Source: Eledone cirrhosa (Eukaryota). Taken from it: DNA of 64,000 nt. This document shows, piece after piece, positions 57,251 to 64,000 of this stretch. The notes beneath the pieces are model-generated. The model had not been told where the DNA came from, searched no databases, and worked only from the letters and a program-made list of their open reading frames with translations. Location: NCBI GenBank assembly GCA_964016885.1, contig OZ024740.1, positions 199,144,001-199,208,000 on the forward strand, written 5' to 3'. Position numbers and translations under genes: made by a program. Numbering within the stretch: position 1 is the stretch's first letter; every line of letters begins with the position of its first letter.

Positions 57251-57870
57251 TGCAACTTGAACTATATTGTATTTCTCCTGTGTCTTGAACTCTCCATTTA
57301 ATAGACAACGACTCTTGTTTGTTTATTTATATCTTTACATCTTTATTTGCTGTATTAATGCTCCTCCACGTATTCTACCTCTATACATCCATGTACTTTC
57401 TACTTCCCTTATTCGGACTTTTACTCGCGTGTACCCTCAGCACACGTCACTGGAATATTTCCCCCTGAGAACATAAATACCGCAACCTGAACTATATTGT
57501 ATTTCTCCTGTCTCTTGAACTCTACATTTACTAGACAACGACTATTGTTTGTTTATCTATATCTTCACATCTTTGTTTGCTGTATTAATGTCCTGATTTC
57601 TCCATCTTACTCCAACACCACTCTTGTTGGTTTATTTACATGTTTATACCTATATATTGATATGTTTATATATTTATACCTCCGCTGTACCAATGTGCTC
57701 TTCCACGTATTCCACTTCTATGTATCCATGTATTTCTACCCCTCACATTGGGACCTGTACCCATTAGCTCTTCCACGTATTCCACTTCTATGTATCCATG
57801 TATTTCTACTCCTCACATTGGGACCTGTACCCATTAGCACACGACACTAGAATGTCTCCTCCTGAGAACA
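57251..57870. repeat. Diverged internal duplication (~57251-57478 / ~57481-57870) with a nested ~60-bp tandem repeat
   Basis: gcaac.tgaactatattgtatttctcctgt occurs twice; gctcttccacgtattccacttctatgtatccatg occurs twice. Confidence 0.85.
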
Positions 57871-58111
57871 AAAATTAAACATTACACGACTATATCCCGT
57901 ACTCTACATCCCACTAGGATAAATTACAGATCTACATAATACAATTAACGTTTCCTCATAAAAGACTATTTAATTAAACCCCGCAACCCAAAACCTCATA
58001 GAAGTTATTTGAATGTCTAATCTTCAATTTTCTGTTTGTTCAATTCTCAATCCTCTTACTCCTTAGTTTCATAATGTTATTCTGAATTCTTTCAACTTCA
58101 TCCGATAGAGT

Positions 58112-59130
58112 TAAGCAAAATTCTAAAGTTCCAACTTTCTGTCGGACCGTTGGGTGGGTTTTAGCGGCGGCGCGACCAGCTCCCTGGCGAACGGGCTCAC
58201 CTGGAGTGCTTGGAAAAATAAATTCCCCTTCTTTCGGTAAATGAAAATACTCGGCGTGGCTTAATTAGCCATGGGGCCCGGGGCGCGGCCGGTGCTTTAA
58301 CCGCCAAGTAGTACCTTTAAATTACAGAACAAATCGGAACTATTATATATATCAACCTGAAACTGTTGAGCTTTAAATTTTCTAACCTCTTTAATATGGA
58401 ATATTGATTATTAATTTATTAATTTTTTAACTTCATCCTATAAGTCTAAACATTGTAACACACTGACCCCCAATATATTCACCTCTGCTAAGATGCGAGT
58501 CCCTGTGAAAATTTTGTCGCGCCACCCCTGGCCCGACTGTGGTGTGACATTAATATCGACCTTCCTTCCTCTCTCTTTCTATCTTCCTTCTTGTAGCTAT
58601 CAACCATTACTCTTTTACTTCTCTAAGCTAAATTTTAAAGTCCCAACTTTCTGTCGGACTGTTGGGTGGGTTTTAATGGCGGCGCGACCAGCTCCCTGGC
58701 GAACGAGCTCACCTGGAGTGCTTGGAAAAATAAATTTCCCCTTCTTTCAGTAAATGAAAATACTCGGCGTGGCATAATTCGCCATGGGGCCCGGGGCGCG
58801 GCCGTTGTTTTAACCGCCAAATAGTACCTTTAAATTACAGAACAAATCGGAACTATTATATAATTAATTGTTAAACTGTTGAACTTTAAATTTTCTAACC
58901 TCTTTAATATTGAATATAGATTATTAATTTTTTTAACTTCATCCTAGAAGTCTAAACACTGTAAAACACTGACTCCCAATATATTCATCTCCGCTAAGAT
59001 GCGGGTCCCTGTGAAAATTTTCTCGCGCCACTCCTGGCTTGATTGTGGTCTGACATTAATATCGACCTTTCTTCCTCTTCCTTTCTATCTTCCTTCTTGT
59101 AGCCATCAACCCTTACTTTTCTACTTCTCT
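58112..59130. repeat. Internal ~510-bp tandem duplication (58112-58623 / 58624-59130) with a GC-rich ~190-nt block
   Basis: ccaactttctgtcggac..gggtggg..ggcggcgcgaccagctccctggcgaac.. occurs twice; paralogous ORFs at 58493 and 58999. Confidence 0.92.
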
Positions 59131-59502
59131 CTTCCCTTCCTTCTCTCCTCTCCTCCTCCCGCAGACTTATCTTCCTTCCCCCTCTTGCTTGCCTATATCT
59201 GACCAGTAGTAGTTACCTTCCTCTTTTAGCTGACATTAACCCTGACTTCTCTTCTTCTTTCTTCCCCCTTCTTCTCCTTCCTTTCTTTCTTTCTTTTACC
59301 TTGTGTCATGGGATCGACGTTAACCTATGCTCCCATCTCTCTCTGTTTTCGTTCATCTGACCGGTAGTAGCATACTATAAAATTTAGCCACGTCACTCCA
59401 GGGCCACCGGCTGAGGTTGAAGGAACAGAATAGCGGTCGCCCTCGGGTCTCGATTTTCAGCCCCATGGATTTTACCTATTACATTCACGTATTATATTTC
59501 GA

Positions 59503-59560
59503 ATACCTGATGATATCACCGGATTCATACGGAACCCGGTCATTGAAATGATCATAGTAT
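59503..59560 (+). ncRNA. Type I hammerhead ribozyme (3' pLTR copy)
   Basis: Identical to 56701-56758; predicted cleavage after 59556. Confidence 0.82.
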
Positions 59561-59754
59561 AATAAACCTTTCAAGGATTTACACAAATCCAGCCTCCTGT
59601 CATTTCATTATAATATTTAACTCCGTAATAGTACCACCAACTACAAAAACAAAGACGGTTGAACTGCTTTACGTTGAGTACTCTCTATATTATTGCATTA
59701 CGATTGACCATACGGAATAGACCAGCTCTATACAGTGGTGAACCTCAAACCTGA

Positions 59755-59819
<65 letters not shown>

Positions 59820-59823
59820 TATA

Positions 59824-59880
<57 letters not shown>

Positions 59881-60021
59881 AAATAGTAGAAACGAAAAAT
59901 ATTTTTTCAGTAGAAAATGGTGAAGAGATTATTTCAGTGTAATATTAAAACATTAATGTATTTACAAAGTGGATATTTCAGCATTTAATATACCGGTTTC
60001 AGCATTATATATATATTCAGC

Positions 60022-60072
<51 letters not shown>

Positions 60073-61318
60073 ATATAATATTATATTTATCTTATATTAT
60101 ATATTATATTTATCTTATATTATATATTACTATATATTATAATTGAAACGTGTTACATTTCGTTAATACAGTATATTAAGCGAAATGTTCACCAATCCTT
60201 ACTTTTGTTTGATTTTATTGTTTATATATCTTTACCACACCTGAAACCAGACGTATAGAAATTGCATAAAAAACATGCATTTCATATTATGTATTTTGAT
60301 ATCCGATCCATAGACTTCACTCATGTGAGAGTCGTCGTGTCATACATTGTATCTTGGCCATTTAAATACCCTTGTGCCCATCACTACCAGTACAAATGAC
60401 AACTGGTTTCTTTTAAACATAGACACATGTAGAGAGAGAAAGAAAAATATTAGCCGGTCAGGTACTTTATTTATCGACGTCGAATAAATAAAAGACAACA
60501 TTGATTTGAACAGAGGGCCTGATTAAAACTAGTAAAGCATTCTCTCTGCCATTCTAACGACTCTGCCAATTTGCGCCTATTCTTGTATTATACATTTCTT
60601 TAACTCACGTGTATTGTGCGAAAAATGTTATTTGTGAAGTGATTAGAACATCATTTATAGCGATAACCTACCTTGTATTTACCAAAGTACTTCATTTAAA
60701 GACAGTAAGTTAATAAAGTTAATACCTTTAAGTATATTTTATTAGTGCAACTACTTAACATTTTATAATTATATATTTTTGATCTCTAAGCGAAATATCT
60801 ATCTTTTAGAACTTCTTTTTAGTTATCTGTGATAAATTAATTATAATACAACGGATTCTGTAATTGTATTTAAGCATTCTAAATTCGAATTAAATAATGT
60901 TAGGTCTAGGTGTGATGTCACAGTTCTCATATAACGAATAACTTAGCTTCGTAGCCCAAACTGTGTAAGTTGTCATCTATATTAGAGATGAAATATACTT
61001 TGAACGCTAAATTCCCCTCCGTTTACGTTGTTTTCACATTCACTAGTCTGCGTCATATATCTGTCTACTTCAGTAAATTTAGACACAAATGATGGATAGT
61101 GTCTTAGATACAAAGGAATATTTAATGACCAGGCTGTATTAATTATCTATAAATCTTCAACAGGCATTAAAGATAAATTACTTACTTTACATTTGATAAA
61201 ACCGATATATTTAACATACATGTAGGTAAAATTAATTAGAAAAAACAGCGTTTCGATTGTGACAATAATCGAACGATTTCAGTTAATATTTCTCTCTCAC
61301 TCCTTCTCTCTTCTTTTG

Positions 61319-61349
<31 letters not shown>

Positions 61350-61555
61350 CTGTCTATGAGATCAGAAATTGCTGCAGAGAATATATCCGATGTAAATCCA
61401 AGCTGCTCTTGTAGGATTAAAGAGGACGGCTCACTCTAAGAGAAATATAATACCGAATCCGATACACCCCCTCACACACACACACATTTACAAACACACA
61501 CAGACGCGTACGAATACACACACAGGTACGCATACATACATACACACATACACGC

Positions 61556-61631
<76 letters not shown>

Positions 61632-61657
61632 CGTATTTTATTTTCTTGTTCAACTAT

Positions 61658-61697
<40 letters not shown>

Positions 61698-61807
61698 TAT
61701 ATTTATATATATATATATCGCGTATTTTATTTTCTTGTTCAACTATTACATATGTATATATATATATATATATATATAAATGAACATAGCAACATTTGGC
61801 CTTATTA

Positions 61808-61970
61808 GTAGAGGGTCGGACGCCATGCTTTCCAGCATAGTTACGTCCCTTTACGATCTGAGTTCAAATCCCGACAAATTTGACTTTGCCTTTCATCCTT
61901 ACGGGGTCGATAAAATAAAGTACCAGTAATGAACTGGGTAATTGCTGGCCTTGTGCCTAAAGTAGAAACA
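61808..61970 (+). mobile_element. tRNA/Nin-domain SINE copy
   Basis: Reverse complement of 24759-24925. Confidence 0.85.
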
Positions 61971-62763
61971 GTTATTATGATAGCTAATGATCGAGATGGC
62001 AAGTGTGAATTGAAAACTGACACGGAGTTTTCTTCCAGGAACATTGAAATATTCTTCTGAAAGTTCGAACAAAACGAACACCGAAGATAATACCCATAAT
62101 ATTTCAAACACTGGAAGAAAATGATCTCGTTTCTACCTTCCCATTGAGCATAATATGTTAGCCAAAACAATCTGGATTGCAATACGTAATATGAAAATGA
62201 CTAGGAATAGATATAAATATGTTGCGACTGATAGCGAATGGGTAGAAATATGTTGCGAATGATAGCTCAAAGGGATATGGGTGGAAAGTAACAATGGAAT
62301 TACAATAAAAGGTGCTCACGATAAAATACATCTGACCAAACCGATATAAATGTAGTAAGATAAATAAAAGAGAAGTGGGATATATACGGACCATTGGTGA
62401 GGAGTTTGCCAATCCATTACTCAAGATACACTTACAGTTTTATATCTATCATTATTTGATCTGCTGGATATATACCAACTCAGCTGGATCAAAATGTGAC
62501 TGAACGTCAATTTGGGAATAGGGGAACGAACACAGCTTCTTAATTTATACATTACGACATCTGGAACTATGAAATTCTGGAAAATATTCTTACGATTCAA
62601 AAGATGCGTGTTTGCACAAGGGACGATGAAATATATTTTTTTTACAATTTTTCCATGGGGGAGGTGGAACGTCAAGAATAAACCCCAAATATAAAGAACT
62701 TACACACAAACACACACACACACATACATACATACAATCATACAAATAAAGAAATATACACGC

Positions 62764-62792
<29 letters not shown>

Positions 62793-62801
<9 letters not shown>

Positions 62802-62913
62802 AGTGTCTTCTACAGGACTAGAACTGTTTCATTCGGAAGAAATCATCAGGAAAACCCTGATGATTTCTTCCGTATGAAACAGTTCTAGTCCTGTAGAAGA
62901 CACTTCTATATTA
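62793..62913. ncRNA. 121-bp palindrome of two divergent hammerhead ribozymes after (TA)n, followed by a ~400-bp tail
   Basis: 58-bp arms with 1 mismatch and a 5-nt loop. CTGATGA-tttcttccg(a/t)at-GAAAC-ag-ttctagtc-ct-GTA-gaaga; the minus arm has stem I ttttc/gaaga. Confidence 0.85.
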
Positions 62914-63711
62914 AACATTTAAACCTCTGCTATGTCTTGAGTACCTTACTTGAGTACCTTACGGTTATTTTCTTCTGCTAAGTCGAAATGACTGTATCGC
63001 GCTTGATGGAGGGAACCACGTTTTGGTGAATTACTGAGACAGTGGATATCGACGGCTGTCCACGTCAGCAGCGCTTTCCTTAATTTCTTATTGGGCTGCA
63101 GCTGTAAAACGCGATACGACCAAAGATTTAGACCCCAACTTCCATGTTTACTCGGTTTGTTTATTATGTTTCTTTAATTCTCTTTCGAGTTGTGTTGTGT
63201 TAATTAATTAAACATTGGTAAATTAAATCGTCACTGATTTACTTTCTTTTACGTTTTTTGTGCTGTCCGGGATTATCTTTTTCGGCCGTTTTTAACATTG
63301 CTTACCTCCCTTTAATACAGTTGCAGTTTTGATTGATTAAAATTATCATGCACACTATGAAAGAACGTGTCATTGTAATTATGGTGTTGAGCTCTCAATT
63401 ATAATATCTTGGGTTCGATTCTCAAAGAAGTTGATGCCATGTGTACTTCAGCAAGGCACGTCAGTTTGGCATATTCTTGAAAATGTTTTCCCCCTTACAT
63501 TAAACTTTTATTTTAAATATAGAAATAATAACAAAAAAAGGGGGGAACAAAAGGAAATAAAGGATAGGAAAATATAGAAAAAAAAAGAGAGGAAGAGAGA
63601 AGAAAAGGAACGGGAAGGAGAGGGGATGGCAAGAGCTCTGGTGTCGCAGAAGAGAGGAGAGGGGTTAAGAGGAGGGTGATTGGGCTTTGGGTGTAGAGTA
63701 AAAGGGCAGAA

Positions 63712-63890
63712 GTGCTACAGCACTCTCTTCTGCGAGGCGGCCTGCGATGCCAGGCGGAGAACGTGTCGCAGCAGGTGGTGTCCCAGATGAGGTATCTACC
63801 TCCTTCGAATGGAAAGAGGGTGGTTCTGTCGGGGCGCTTGCCATCTCCTTGCTCTAAGCCTGCTGGCCCCAGAAGGCGGATCGACTACTT
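63712..63890 (-). mobile_element. CRE-clade RLE fragment
   Basis: Minus strand reads PAGLEQGDGKRPDRTTLFPFEGGRYLIWDTTCCDTFSA. Confidence 0.8.
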
Positions 63891-64000
63891 ATTACTCCAT
63901 CTGATTCGAAAAGCATCAACTACGCAAATGTTATTTGTTTGTGTGAATAATGATTTATTGAGAAATAATTGATGTGTTAACTATAAGAAGTTATATAAGT

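Noticed and set aside
57007-59202. Short ORFs inside the 2.8-kb HHR element as protein cargo
   Set aside because: All are under 120 aa, compositionally biased and differ in length between duplicated copies; no domain was recognised.

Overview
This is AT-rich, microsatellite-dense eukaryotic DNA. It is probably from an octopod cephalopod, inferred from recalled similarity of the tRNA/Nin-domain SINEs and not checked by search. No intact host protein-coding gene is recognisable; the window is a retroelement graveyard. It holds three decayed Penelope-like elements (PLEs) with RT plus a C-terminal GIY-YIG and CxCx5C linker (Hydra-clade-like), and a fourth PLE fragment of CCHH type. It also holds a near full-length R4/Dong LINE, a CRE-clade LINE plus three fragments, RTE remnants, an RTE-tailed non-autonomous family, SINEs and a ~2 kb tandem duplication. 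The main non-coding signal is about ten hammerhead ribozyme (HHR) motifs from several unrelated families, often in fold-back arrangements at (TA)n. The most striking element (56490-59761) is young and protein-non-coding. It has 312-bp HHR-containing direct repeats 2802 bp apart and a spacerless 320-bp palindrome carrying back-to-back HHRs, so it is a candidate giant retrozyme or non-autonomous PLE. All structures were read by eye; none was computed or tested, and boundaries of old fragments are approximate.
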